NCBI RefSeq assembly: GCF_000172995.2
Contig: NC_014729.1
Coordinates: 2,700,001-2,732,000, forward strand
Reading direction: 5' to 3'
Source: Halogeometricum borinquense DSM 11551
GTDB lineage: Archaea; Halobacteriota; Halobacteria; Halobacteriales; Haloferacaceae
Length of the DNA stretch: 32,000 nt
This document shows, piece after piece, positions 17,263 to 26,437 of the stretch. Below the pieces are notes generated by a model. It saw only the letters and a list, made by a program, of their open reading frames with translations. It did no database searches and was not told the origin of the DNA. Numbering within the stretch: the first letter of the stretch is position 1; each line of letters opens with the position of its first letter. Made by a program: the position numbers and the translations under genes.

Positions 17263-18681
17263 TCAGCCGAGGAAGCGACCGAACAGCCCCTTCTTTTCGT
17301 CCTGCTCTTCGTCATCGTCCATCCCATCGGCTAGCGAGGTAGTGTAGACGCCTTCCTCTTCGTCTGTTTCGTCGGCGTCCGTTCCCTCATCGGTGTCCGC
17401 TTCCTCAGCAGTGGCCGCCTCCTCATCGGTGTCTGCTTGCTCGTCCGAGTCGTCGGAGTCGCCGTCTGCGTCCGAGTCATCGGCCGAATCGGCTGTCTCG
17501 ATCAGTGGTTCGTCGTCCGTAGATTCGGCGTCCGCAGCTTCGACATCTACGGGGTCCGTAGTGGGTTCGGTCGTGGAGTCAGCCGCAACGGTGTCACCGT
17601 CGCGGTCAATGAGCGGTTCGTCTGCGGTGTCAACGTCAGCGACTTCGTTCGCATCGACGCCCCGAGCGTCGCCGAGCGGGTCCGCGGCCGGTTCATCGGA
17701 CGCCTCGTCGTCGGACGCTGTCCTAACATCGCCCGGTTCGCCGTCCGCCTCGTGATCACCGGCGACAATGATTTCCTCTTCGTCCTGACTGTCGTCGGAC
17801 GGTCCGTCCGTGGCCGTCGTTTCGTCGGTCTCGGCCGCGGCCGCTTCAGAGGTCGGGTCGGATTCAACGGCCCCGTTTCCCGCTGTCGCAACCGAGTCAG
17901 ATGTCGAGGCGGCGTCAACTGCCCCGTCCGTCGCGGATGCGGCCGTTTCGGGCATCGGGGAGGAGTCGGCGTTCGGAAGCGACTCGCCGGTCAAATCGGC
18001 CGCAAGCGCGCGGTACGCCGCTGCTGCGGAACTCCCCGGCGCGTACGTCGTCAGCGGTTCGCCCGCGTCGCCTGCGTTTCGGACGACATCCGCCCGCGGA
18101 ATAGATGAGAGAACAGTTGCGTCAAGCGTCGATTCGACGGCTGACTGCTGTGGGTTATCGGGGTCAACGCGAGTGATGACCGCGCCCGCGACGGGAACGT
18201 CAAGACGCGCCGCGACCTGTCGTGTCTTCTCTGTATCGCCGAGCGCATCGCGGCCGGTCGTAGAGACGAGGAGTATTTCGTCTACGTACGTCAGGGGGAC
18301 GACGGTGTCATTACTGAGGCCAGCACCCGTGTCGAGCAGCACGTAGTCGTGATTTTCGCGGAGTGCCGAAAGAACATCGTGGAGACCCTCTGGGTCCGCA
18401 CGAGCAAAGGCATCTAAATCAGCCGACCCCGGAACAACGGTCATTCCGTGCGGTCCCCCCCGGGTGGCCGCTTCAAGCTCGGCCTCGCCCGCGAGTACGT
18501 CGTGGAGCGTCGCCCCCGACGAATCGACGCCCAGCGACCCCGCAAGGTTCGCCATCCCGAGGTCACCATCGACCACAGCGACATCCGCACCCGAAGCGGC
18601 CAGCGCCGCCGCGAGGTTGGTTGTCGTCGTGGTTTTCCCCACGCCGCCTTTTGCGCTGACGACTGCGTACACCCGTCCCAT
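17263..18681 (-). CDS. minD: MinD/ParA-family ATPase with a long acidic disordered tail and a C-terminal amphipathic helix (MinD4-like)
   Basis: The deviant Walker A reads SAKGGVGKTTT. About 230 aa of D/E/T/A-rich low complexity follow, and the C-terminus is KKGLFGRFLG. I prefer ATG 18681 (MGRVYAVV...) because TTTATAT (18714-18720, minus) overlaps the upstream ATG 18714 and lies 33-39 nt upstream of 18681, within the 25-35 nt spacing seen for the other TATA-like boxes in this window. Confidence 0.88.
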   Translation of the reverse strand: MGRVYAVVSAKGGVGKTTTTTNLAAALAASGADVAVVDGDLGMANLAGSLGVDSSGATLHDVLAGEAELEAATRGGPHGMTVVPGSADLDAFARADPEGLHDVLSALRENHDYVLLDTGAGLSNDTVVPLTYVDEILLVSTTGRDALGDTEKTRQVAARLDVPVAGAVITRVDPDNPQQSAVESTLDATVLSSIPRADVVRNAGDAGEPLTTYAPGSSAAAAYRALAADLTGESLPNADSSPMPETAASATDGAVDAASTSDSVATAGNGAVESDPTSEAAAAETDETTATDGPSDDSQDEEEIIVAGDHEADGEPGDVRTASDDEASDEPAADPLGDARGVDANEVADVDTADEPLIDRDGDTVAADSTTEPTTDPVDVEAADAESTDDEPLIETADSADDSDADGDSDDSDEQADTDEEAATAEEADTDEGTDADETDEEEGVYTTSLADGMDDDEEQDEKKGLFGRFLG

Positions 18682-18805
18682 GTCTAGTCGTTCGGACTCT
18701 CCCACGTCGAACATATAAAGGTATTCCGAGGAGTGTGCGGTGTCTCCCCGCGGGCGCGTGCGAAGACACCAGTCAAAGGTTACTTAGCTTCCCGAGAGAC
18801 TAGTG

Positions 18806-20062
18806 ATGGTAATGAGTACTGACGCCGGCGATGCGAACGAGGACCGTCGGAAGTACGAGTTCCGAAAGGTCATCGAGGAACTCGACGACTACGAAGGGTC
18901 CGGAACGCAACTCGTCACCATCTACATTCCAGACGATAAACAGATTTCCGACGTGGTGGCGCACGTCACGCAGGAGCACTCGGAGGCGTCCAACATCAAG
19001 TCCAAGCAGACGCGGACGAACGTGCAGGACGCTCTCACCTCAATCAAGGACCGTCTCCGCTACTACGACACGTTCCCCCCGGACAACGGAATCGTCATCT
19101 TCTCCGGCGCGGTCAACTCCGGCGGCGGCCAGACCGATATGGTCACGCGGGTGTTGGATAGCCCGCCCGAACCGATCCAGTCGTTCCGCTACCACTGTGA
19201 CTCGAACTTCCTGACGCAACCGTTAGAGGACATGCTGAGCGACAAGGGCCTGTTCGGCCTCATCGTCCTCGACCGCCGCGAGGCGAACGTCGGTTGGTTG
19301 CGCGGCAAGCGCGTCGAACCGGTCAAGTCAGCGTCGTCGCTTGTCCCCGGGAAACAGCGCAAAGGTGGCCAGTCCGCCCAGCGTTTCGCTCGACTCCGTC
19401 TCGAAGCTATCGACAACTTCTATCAGGAGGTCGCCGGGATGGCCAACGACCTGTTCGTCCCCGAGCGGCACGAGATGGGCGGGATCCTCGTTGGCGGCCC
19501 CTCGCCGACGAAAGACGAGTTCCTCGACGGCGACTATCTCCACCACGAACTCGGCGACCTCGTCGTCGGCAAGTTCGACGTCTCCTACACCGACGAGTCC
19601 GGGCTGTACGACCTCGTAGACGCGGCACAGGAGGTCCTGGCCGACCAAGAGGTGATGAAGGACAAATCCCAGATGGAGGAGTTCTTCGAGAAACTCCACA
19701 CGGGAGAGCAAGCCACCTACGGGTTCGGTCCCACGCGGAAGAACCTCATCATGGGCTCTGTGGATCGGTTACTCCTCTCGGAGGACCTTCGTTCGGACGT
19801 GGTCGTCTACGAGTGCCCCAACGGACACGAGGAGTACGAAGTTGTGGACCGCCGCCACGGTGACCCCGGCCACGACTGCACCGAGTGCGGTGAGGAAGCC
19901 GAGAAGACCGACCGAGAGGACGTGATCGAACACCTCATGGAAATCGCCGAACAGCGCGGTACCGAGACGAAGTTCATCTCGACGGACTTCGAGAAAGGTG
20001 AGCAGTTGTACGACGCGTTCGGCGGCGTTGCGGGTATTCTGCGATACTCTACCGGCGTCTAA
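18806..20062 (+). CDS. prf1: Peptide chain release factor aRF1
   Basis: The NIKS motif (EASNIKSKQTR) and GGQ motif (KGGQSAQRF) are both present. The start is ambiguous among GTG 18803, ATG 18806 and ATG 18812. Confidence 0.95.
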   Translation: MVMSTDAGDANEDRRKYEFRKVIEELDDYEGSGTQLVTIYIPDDKQISDVVAHVTQEHSEASNIKSKQTRTNVQDALTSIKDRLRYYDTFPPDNGIVIFSGAVNSGGGQTDMVTRVLDSPPEPIQSFRYHCDSNFLTQPLEDMLSDKGLFGLIVLDRREANVGWLRGKRVEPVKSASSLVPGKQRKGGQSAQRFARLRLEAIDNFYQEVAGMANDLFVPERHEMGGILVGGPSPTKDEFLDGDYLHHELGDLVVGKFDVSYTDESGLYDLVDAAQEVLADQEVMKDKSQMEEFFEKLHTGEQATYGFGPTRKNLIMGSVDRLLLSEDLRSDVVVYECPNGHEEYEVVDRRHGDPGHDCTECGEEAEKTDREDVIEHLMEIAEQRGTETKFISTDFEKGEQLYDAFGGVAGILRYSTGV

Positions 20063-20153
20063 ATCTAACTCCTCGTTTCACGACCGGCGCTGTACTGATA
20101 CATTCTGTTTGCTGCGCTCTGCGTCGTCCGTCCAGACATCCGTACCTGCGTCC

Positions 20154-20405
20154 TTACTCGGGAGTTTTCCTCGTATCGGACAGCACGCGGTGGAGGACAC
20201 CAACGACGCCGCCGGCGGAGAACACGAGTCCGAACAGAAAGAACGGAGCAGAGAGGAGAAATCCGAGAGGTTCGACAAGCGCGTCGAAGAGGTCGTATTG
20301 TGACAAACTCAAACCAGAGAGTCCGACGACGATGGCGGCGTAGAGTTTGAGTAATTCCGGATTGAGAGCGTAACGAAACGAATCTCCCGCGGGACTGTCG
20401 AGCAT
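20154..20405 (-). CDS. Hypothetical small membrane protein (two predicted transmembrane helices)
   Basis: 83 aa with hydrophobic helices LYAAIVVGLSGLSL and LGFLLSAPFFLFGLVFSAGGVVGVL. An AT-rich box (TTAATATAC, minus) lies about 30 nt upstream. Confidence 0.5.
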   Translation of the reverse strand: MLDSPAGDSFRYALNPELLKLYAAIVVGLSGLSLSQYDLFDALVEPLGFLLSAPFFLFGLVFSAGGVVGVLHRVLSDTRKTPE

Positions 20406-20533
20406 GGAGATCAGTCGAAGACCACCAGTATATTAATTGTCATTTTATCCACTCGTGGTGAGTCATACCAACGTCATGGGGGCGACCGTCCCAGACCGGA
20501 CCACACTTTGCGGACGCCCGCATCACGGCGGCC

Positions 20534-21319
20534 ATGGGCGAAGACCGCCAAGCCACCTTCGGGTCCGACGGCAGTCTCGACACAGAGACGCCGCCGGAGG
20601 CCCGCGAGGGGACGACCGACTGGGGAGAGCCGAAAGCTGACGGCGAGACCGACGGCGGGTACAACCGCTACGACGTGTCCAGTTTGCTCCAGAAGGCCGT
20701 CCGACGCTCCGACGAGGAAGTCGCCGCGTGGGCCGCGTGGGAACTCGCACGCTCGGGATACGCGTGGAACCTCTGGGACCGCCTGAACCTCTACGTGGTC
20801 GAGGATCTGCGCGCCGGACAGAACGTGGCGTTGCTCGTAGAGCGATACGAGACGTTAGCGACCGACCGGTGGGAGCCGGATTCGTGGAAGGGCCGAGTCT
20901 GCGCCATCCATGCCGCGCTCGCGTGCGCCCGCGCGGAATCATCACGAGAAGCGTCTAACGCCGACGAGTTCTTCAGAAACGCGGCCGCCGCCCGTGCCGA
21001 AGCACGCGAGAGCGACGATGACCCGGCCGTTGACTTCCCCGTCGGAGACTTGGAAGTAGGTGGAGAGTTCGACGTTGCCTTCGACAAACACACCGCCGAC
21101 GGGTCCCGACTGGACCGCGGCGACCGCTTTTTCAAACTGTTCGGTGCGCGCGTCGGGCCGGAGGGTGAAGACGAACAGAGCGCTCGGTGGCAACGGCTCA
21201 ACATGGCGCTCTCGGACATCGACTACGACGAAGCGGAGGTAGCGCACGCCGTCGAACCGGTGTCTCCGGACGACCGCTGGAGTGACCCAATGGAATTTGA
21301 CGGCGACAACGACGACTGA
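20534..21319 (+). CDS. Acidic protein resembling the C-terminal (MgsA_C) domain of MgsA/RarA/WRNIP1 ATPases, with no AAA+ module
   Basis: 261 aa. YDVSSLLQKAVRRSDEEVAAWAAWELARSG...LYVVEDL...AIHAALACARAESS... parallels the E. coli RarA segment [26 protein letters not shown]...ASEDVG...AIVYLACAPKSN. A later DKHTADG motif is present. No GxxxxGK[ST] motif occurs anywhere in the ORF. Confidence 0.6.
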   Translation: MGEDRQATFGSDGSLDTETPPEAREGTTDWGEPKADGETDGGYNRYDVSSLLQKAVRRSDEEVAAWAAWELARSGYAWNLWDRLNLYVVEDLRAGQNVALLVERYETLATDRWEPDSWKGRVCAIHAALACARAESSREASNADEFFRNAAAARAEARESDDDPAVDFPVGDLEVGGEFDVAFDKHTADGSRLDRGDRFFKLFGARVGPEGEDEQSARWQRLNMALSDIDYDEAEVAHAVEPVSPDDRWSDPMEFDGDNDD

Positions 21320-21370
21320 GACGACGCTGACGACGAGAGCGCACCAACCAAACGGAGACACGCGTCCGTC

Positions 21371-21766
21371 TCAGGACAGAAACGATTCGATCTGTCGCCG
21401 CCGACGCTCGAAGTCAAAGTGTGGGTCAACAGTCGGGTCGTCACCGAGTCTATCGAGCGCCAAGAACGGGTCGGCACCGGCGCGTTCGGCCTCGACTGCG
21501 AGTTCCTCGATAGCAGACCGGTTCAGCGCCAGTGAGTCAAGTTTTCCCACGAACAAGGCGAACACGATACCACCACGTCCCGACGGGAAGGCGTCGCTGA
21601 CGGCCGTAAAGTCAGTCTCTTCGTCGATCTCAGCGTCCGCGGCCGGCACGTCCAGCCGAAGACACGTCGTACACAGCGACGCTGTCTCCTCGTCAGGCGC
21701 GAACTCGCGGAGATCGTCCGGAACGGCAAAGACGACGAGTTCGTCGTCGCAATACGTGCAGTTCAC
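21371..21766 (-). CDS. Conserved-hypothetical-type acidic protein with an N-terminal CxxC...CxxC zinc-finger-like motif
   Basis: 131 aa with a GTG start. It reads MNCTYCDDELVV...SLCTTCL, and the rest is acidic. It sits 170 nt downstream of atpD on the same strand. Confidence 0.6.
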   Translation of the reverse strand: MNCTYCDDELVVFAVPDDLREFAPDEETASLCTTCLRLDVPAADAEIDEETDFTAVSDAFPSGRGGIVFALFVGKLDSLALNRSAIEELAVEAERAGADPFLALDRLGDDPTVDPHFDFERRRRQIESFLS

Positions 21767-21935
21767 GTTCGAAACGGAAGACAGCGGCAGTCAAATGTCC
21801 ATCGGGAGGAAAACAGCGACAGTCAGACGACGACGCGAACAGCGACCGAAGACGTTCTCGTCGGCGCGGAGACGATTCGCGGGCGGCCGACTGGCGGATA
21901 CCCGATAGCGGGCGACCGGCCGGGAAGTCCCCGAT

Positions 21936-22631
21936 TCAGTCGTCGGCCGGAACCGTCTCGGCGGCGGACGCCTCGGCGGCCTCTTCCTCGGCTTCGGCCT
22001 TCGCTTCTTCTTCCTTCTTCGCCTTGATCTTCTTCAGGCGGAAAATCTCCTCGCGTTCCTGCTCTTCGAGTTTCTGCTCGATGTACTCTTTGTTCTCGTA
22101 CAGGTCGGGAAGAAGCTTGAATTCGAGCGCGTTGACACGGCGCTTCGTCGTCTCGATCTCTTCGAGCATCTTCTTCATCGCCGTCTCCACCTCGGCAGCG
22201 AGAATGATAGATTCGAGGAGTTCCTCGTAGGCGTCGGCCGCCTCGTCAATGCGCGCGGAAGATCCGAGAAGTCCGTACCCACGCTGGTCCAGCGACTTCT
22301 TCACGCGCGAAGACTCGATTTGCGGGACAACGACGCCCATGATATTCTTCGACTGCGTCGTGATCTCGGGGTGTTCCTTCAGGGCCGCAGCGGCACCGCG
22401 AACCGCCACGTCACCTTCCATCGCGCGGGCCATGTTGATCTTCGACTGCGCGGTCTCGTAGTTCTCGTTGAGTTCGGAACGGACGTCCTGCGCTTGGTCG
22501 AGGATATCCATGAACTCCATGATGAGGCCGTCACGCTTCTGTTCCAGCGTGTCGTGTCCTCGCTCGGAGAGTTCGATGCGGTCCTCTATCGCCATCAGGT
22601 TCTTCCGAGTCGGTTTGACGTCTTCGGCCAT
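21936..22631 (-). CDS. atpD: A-type ATP synthase subunit D
   Basis: 231 aa. It reads [40 protein letters not shown]... and has a Lys/Glu-rich C-terminus. Confidence 0.95.
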   Translation of the reverse strand: MAEDVKPTRKNLMAIEDRIELSERGHDTLEQKRDGLIMEFMDILDQAQDVRSELNENYETAQSKINMARAMEGDVAVRGAAAALKEHPEITTQSKNIMGVVVPQIESSRVKKSLDQRGYGLLGSSARIDEAADAYEELLESIILAAEVETAMKKMLEEIETTKRRVNALEFKLLPDLYENKEYIEQKLEEQEREEIFRLKKIKAKKEEEAKAEAEEEAAEASAAETVPADD

Positions 22632-22762
22632 CTTGCGGGACGGTTGTAGATGGAGGAGGTTAATCCTTTTCAGTCACTCCGGCGAGAGAGGCGACGATGA
22701 GCCGAGTCGTCGGACGGAGATGCGGATCTACAGGCGGAGCAGGCCGGGTGCCTCGGGGTTTC

Positions 22763-22808
22763 GCAAATCGCTCTGCGATTTGCTGGATACAGGAAATCGA
22801 AGATTTCC
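22763..22808 (-). ncRNA. Two tandem perfect hairpins in the atpB-atpD spacer. This is a structured RNA element of unknown function; processing, attenuation or termination are all possible.
   Basis: GCAAATCGC-TCT-GCGATTTGC (22763-22783) has a 9-bp stem. GGAAATC-GAA-GATTTCC (22792-22808) has a 7-bp stem. Both share an AAATC/GATTT core. Confidence 0.4.
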
Positions 22809-22931
22809 CTTGACTTGACCCCGAAGCGGTTCACTCGGGCGACGCACAGAACGATGAGTCGAATACAGGATGGTACAGCAAGCGCTTCTCGAGGTCGAAT
22901 AACGGAGAAAGTCGCGCGGTGTGGAGCCGCT

Positions 22932-24347
22932 TCAGTCGGCCGTGACTTCTTCGGCCGTCTCGCCTTCGCGGTAGTGCTCGTCGATGAGGTCCTCGTCGAT
23001 ACGGTTGAGTTCCTCCTCCGGAAGCATCGACAGGAGGTCCCAGCCGATTTCGAGCGTCTCGTCGATAGATCGATCCGTGTCGAAGCCCTGATCGACGAAC
23101 TCGTCCTCGAAGCGGTCGGCGAAGTCGAGGTACTTGTTGTCGCGTTCGGACAGCGCCTCGCGGCCAACAATGTTGACGAGGTCGCGCAGGTCCTCACCCT
23201 CGGCGTACGCGGCGTACATCTGGTCGGACACGTCGGCGTGGTCCTCACGGGTGAGGCCCTCGCCGATACCGTCGTCCATAAGCCGCGAGAGGCTTGGAAG
23301 CACGTTGACCGGAGGCTGGACGCCCTGGCTGTGAAGGTCACGGTCAACGTAGATCTGCCCCTCAGTGATGTACCCGGTCAGGTCCGGGATGGGGTGCGTG
23401 TCGTCGTCGCCGGGCATCGTGAGAATGGGAATCTGTGTGACAGACCCCTCACGGCCCTCGATACGACCTGCGCGCTCGTAGAGCTGCGCAAGGTCAGTGT
23501 ACATGTACCCCGGGTATCCACGACGACCCGGAACCTCTTCACGTGCGGCACCGATTTCGCGCAGTGCCTCACAGTAGTTGGTCATGTCCGTCAGGATGAC
23601 CAGCACGTGGTAGTCCTTCTCGAACGCGAGGTACTCGGCGGTGGTGAGTGCCATCCGCGGCGTGACCGTCCGCTCGACAGCGGGGTCGTCCGCGAGGTTC
23701 ATGAAGACCACAGAGCGCTCCAGCGCGCCGGTGCGCTCGAAGTCGTCCATGAACTCGTTGGCCTCTTCTGCCGTGATGCCCATCGCGCCGAACACCACTG
23801 CGAACTCGGACCCTTCTTCGCCCTCTTCTGCCGCTTCCTCAGGCACCGTTGCCTGACGGGCAATCTGGAGTGCGAGGTCGTTGTGCGGAAGCCCCGATGC
23901 CGAGAAGATGGGGAGCTTCTGTCCGCGAACGAGCGTGTTCATGCCGTCAACGGCGGCGACGCCGGTCTGGATGAACTCCTCAGGATACTCGCGGGAGTAC
24001 GGGTTGATCGCCGCGCCGACGATGTCGTGTCGGTCGTCAGGGACGATTTCCGGGCCACCGTCGATAGGCTGGCCGGAACCGTCGAGGACCCGCCCGAGGA
24101 GGTCCTCGGTGACGGGCATCTTCATCGTCTCGCCCAGGAAACGGACGGACGCGTTCTTGTCGATACCGGTGGTTCCCTCGAACACCTGAATGGCGACGAC
24201 GCCATCGGATGATTCGAGAACCTGACCACGCTTGGTCTCGCCCTGCGGCGTCTCGATCTCGACGATTTCGTCGTAACCGATCGGCTCGTCGACTTCGGCG
24301 AACACCAGCGGGCCGCTGATCTCGGAGATTGTCTGGTACTCTTTCAT
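22932..24347 (-). CDS. atpB: A-type ATP synthase subunit B
   Basis: 471 aa from ATG 24347 ([19 protein letters not shown]...), which is 1 nt after the atpA stop codon. The 45-aa upstream extension in the track overlaps atpA in another frame. Confidence 0.96.
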   Translation of the reverse strand: MKEYQTISEISGPLVFAEVDEPIGYDEIVEIETPQGETKRGQVLESSDGVVAIQVFEGTTGIDKNASVRFLGETMKMPVTEDLLGRVLDGSGQPIDGGPEIVPDDRHDIVGAAINPYSREYPEEFIQTGVAAVDGMNTLVRGQKLPIFSASGLPHNDLALQIARQATVPEEAAEEGEEGSEFAVVFGAMGITAEEANEFMDDFERTGALERSVVFMNLADDPAVERTVTPRMALTTAEYLAFEKDYHVLVILTDMTNYCEALREIGAAREEVPGRRGYPGYMYTDLAQLYERAGRIEGREGSVTQIPILTMPGDDDTHPIPDLTGYITEGQIYVDRDLHSQGVQPPVNVLPSLSRLMDDGIGEGLTREDHADVSDQMYAAYAEGEDLRDLVNIVGREALSERDNKYLDFADRFEDEFVDQGFDTDRSIDETLEIGWDLLSMLPEEELNRIDEDLIDEHYREGETAEEVTAD

Positions 24348-24348
24348 C

Positions 24349-26106
24349 TTAGTACAGCTCCCGAAGCTGTTCGGTGATTTCCTCTTTGAGCTCCGCGACG
24401 TACTCCTCGTAGTCCTCCTGAACACCGATACGGTTGATGCGCGGAAGCGCATCGACGTTGGTGATCTCTTCGACCGGCACACCGGCTTCGAGCGCCTTGA
24501 ACGCCTCGTCGTTGTAGGTGTGGATGGTCGTGAGGATGAGGTACGTCTTTTCCGGCGGACAGTAGGTGTCCGTCGGGTGGAACGCGTTCTGCTGCAGGTA
24601 CGCCTCGCGGAGGTACTTCGCCACGTCGAGCGTCAGCTGCTGGTCCTCGGGGAGGGCGTCCTTCCCGACGAGCTGAACGATCTCTTGCAGTTCGGCCTCT
24701 TCGTCGAGCACGTCAACAACCCACTGTCGCTCCTCGGGCCAGTCGTCCTCGACGTTCTCGACGAACCACGGGTCAAGCTGGTCCTTGTACAGCGAGTAGG
24801 ACTCGTTCCAGTTAATGGACGGGAAGTGCCGACGTTCCGCGAGGTCGGCGTCCAGCGCCCAGAACGTCTTGACGATACGGAGCGTGTTCTGCGTCACCGG
24901 CTCGGAGAAGTCGCCACCCGGCGGGGAAACGGCCCCGATAGCGGAGACAGATCCTTCCGTGCCGTTGATGTTCTCGAAGTAGCCAGCACGCTCGTAGAAT
25001 TCGGAGAGACGCGCGGCGAGGTACGCGGGGTACCCCTCTTCGCCGGGCATCTCTTCGAGACGCGAGGAGATTTCGCGCATGGCCTCTGCCCACCGCGAGG
25101 TGGAGTCTGCCATGAGCGCCACGTCGTACCCCATGTCGCGGTAGAACTCCGCGATGGTGATACCCGTGTACACGCAGGATTCACGGGCCGCCACGGGCAT
25201 GTTGGACGTGTTTGCAATGAGCGACGTCCGGGCCATGAGCGGGTTCCCCGTCGAGGGGTCTTCGAGTTCCGGGAAGTCGTCAATAACTTCCGTCATCTCG
25301 TTACCGCGCTCGCCACAGCCAACGTAGATGATGATGTCCGCGTCAGCGTACTTGGCAAGCTGGTGCTGCGTGACGGTCTTCCCCGAGCCGAACGGGCCGG
25401 GAATGGCTGCCGTCCCACCCTTTGCGATGGGGAACAGGCCGTCGAGGATGCGCTGACCGGATACAAGCGGCGTCCGGGGCGTCTTCTTCGTCTCGGAGGG
25501 ACGGGCCTCACGGACCGGCCACTCCTGCCGCATTGCGATTTCCTCGCCGTTGTCGAGTGTCACGACGGTTTCTTCGACGGTGAACTCACCGGATTTGACC
25601 TCGGTGACTTCGCCGCCCTCGGAGTCCGGCGGCACCATGACCTTGTGGTCGATGGTGATCGTCTCCTCGACGATACCGACAACGTCGCCGGGTTCGACGA
25701 CGTCGCCTTCCGCGACTTCGGGATCGAAGTCCCACTCTTTGTCGAGTTCGATACCGGGCGCGTCAACACCACGGTCGAGGTACGGGCTACCCATCTTGTC
25801 TTCGAGGACGTCCAGCGGACGCTGAACGCCGTCGTAGATGGTGTCAAGTAGGCCCGGACCGAGGTCGACGGTCAGCGGGTCGCCCGTGTTCTCGACGGGT
25901 TCGCCGGGACCGACGCCGGATGTCTCCTCGTACACCTGAATCGTCGTGATGTCGCCCTCAATCTCGATGACTTCACCCATCAGCCCTTCGTCGCCGACGT
26001 AGACGACGTCGTTCATACGGGCGTCGAGGTCACGGGCGGTCACGACGGGACCACTCACGCTTGCGATGATGCCGTCCTCGCGGACGGACTTTTGTGTCTG
26101 ACTCAT
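24349..26106 (-). CDS. atpA: A-type ATP synthase catalytic subunit A
   Basis: 585 aa with Walker A GPFGSGKT and the non-homologous region typical of A/V-type A subunits. Confidence 0.97.
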   Translation of the reverse strand: MSQTQKSVREDGIIASVSGPVVTARDLDARMNDVVYVGDEGLMGEVIEIEGDITTIQVYEETSGVGPGEPVENTGDPLTVDLGPGLLDTIYDGVQRPLDVLEDKMGSPYLDRGVDAPGIELDKEWDFDPEVAEGDVVEPGDVVGIVEETITIDHKVMVPPDSEGGEVTEVKSGEFTVEETVVTLDNGEEIAMRQEWPVREARPSETKKTPRTPLVSGQRILDGLFPIAKGGTAAIPGPFGSGKTVTQHQLAKYADADIIIYVGCGERGNEMTEVIDDFPELEDPSTGNPLMARTSLIANTSNMPVAARESCVYTGITIAEFYRDMGYDVALMADSTSRWAEAMREISSRLEEMPGEEGYPAYLAARLSEFYERAGYFENINGTEGSVSAIGAVSPPGGDFSEPVTQNTLRIVKTFWALDADLAERRHFPSINWNESYSLYKDQLDPWFVENVEDDWPEERQWVVDVLDEEAELQEIVQLVGKDALPEDQQLTLDVAKYLREAYLQQNAFHPTDTYCPPEKTYLILTTIHTYNDEAFKALEAGVPVEEITNVDALPRINRIGVQEDYEEYVAELKEEITEQLRELY

Positions 26107-26107
26107 G

Positions 26108-26437
26108 TTAGTCTTCGTCCTCCTCCATCAGGTCGATACCGATGGCTCGTTTGATCTTGTCTCGAAGGCCGCCTGCGCCCGCACCGCCGCCGAGAGTAAC
26201 CAGCGTCGGTTCGATGCTGGTCTCGACGGACTGGCGGACCTGCCGGGAGAGGTGGTCGAGGTCACCGTCGTGCATCACGATGATGCCGACATCCTCGTCC
26301 TCCAGCGTCCGGTTGACGGCCTCGTCGAGCTGTTCGTCCTTCGATTCGTCGGGCACGTTCTCGAACTTCCGAACCCCCGCAAGGCGGAAGCCGGTCGTGA
26401 AGTCCGGACTGCCGATAACGGCGATTTCCTGACTCAT
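26108..26437 (-). CDS. atpF: A-type ATP synthase subunit F
   Basis: 109 aa, reading [22 protein letters not shown].... The start forms an ATGA overlap with the atpC stop. Confidence 0.92.
   Translation of the reverse strand: MSQEIAVIGSPDFTTGFRLAGVRKFENVPDESKDEQLDEAVNRTLEDEDVGIIVMHDGDLDHLSRQVRQSVETSIEPTLVTLGGGAGAGGLRDKIKRAIGIDLMEEDED

Noticed and set aside
21282-21908. 208-aa plus-strand ORF
   Set aside because: It is Ser/Arg/Thr-rich and antisense to the zinc-finger protein gene. It is a shadow ORF.
22670-23347. 225-aa minus-strand ORF that runs through the atpB-atpD spacer
   Set aside because: It is out of frame with, and overlaps, the 3' part of atpB. The predicted protein is extremely Arg/Ser/Thr/Cys-rich and unlike a halophile protein. 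The spacer is better explained as non-coding.
24348-24482. Upstream extensions of atpB (to 24482), atpK (to 28419), atpH (to 31239), atpI (to 30776), ribK (to 15034) and the glutaredoxin (to 3930)
   Set aside because: Each extension is basic or hydrophobic junk that overlaps the preceding gene or its spacer. The internal Met in each case restores the conserved N-terminus and typical operon spacing.
22815-25851. 465-aa (22815-24212) and 443-aa (24520-25851) plus-strand ORFs
   Set aside because: They are antisense to atpB and atpA, are Arg/Val/Gly-rich and have no recognisable motifs. They are shadow ORFs.
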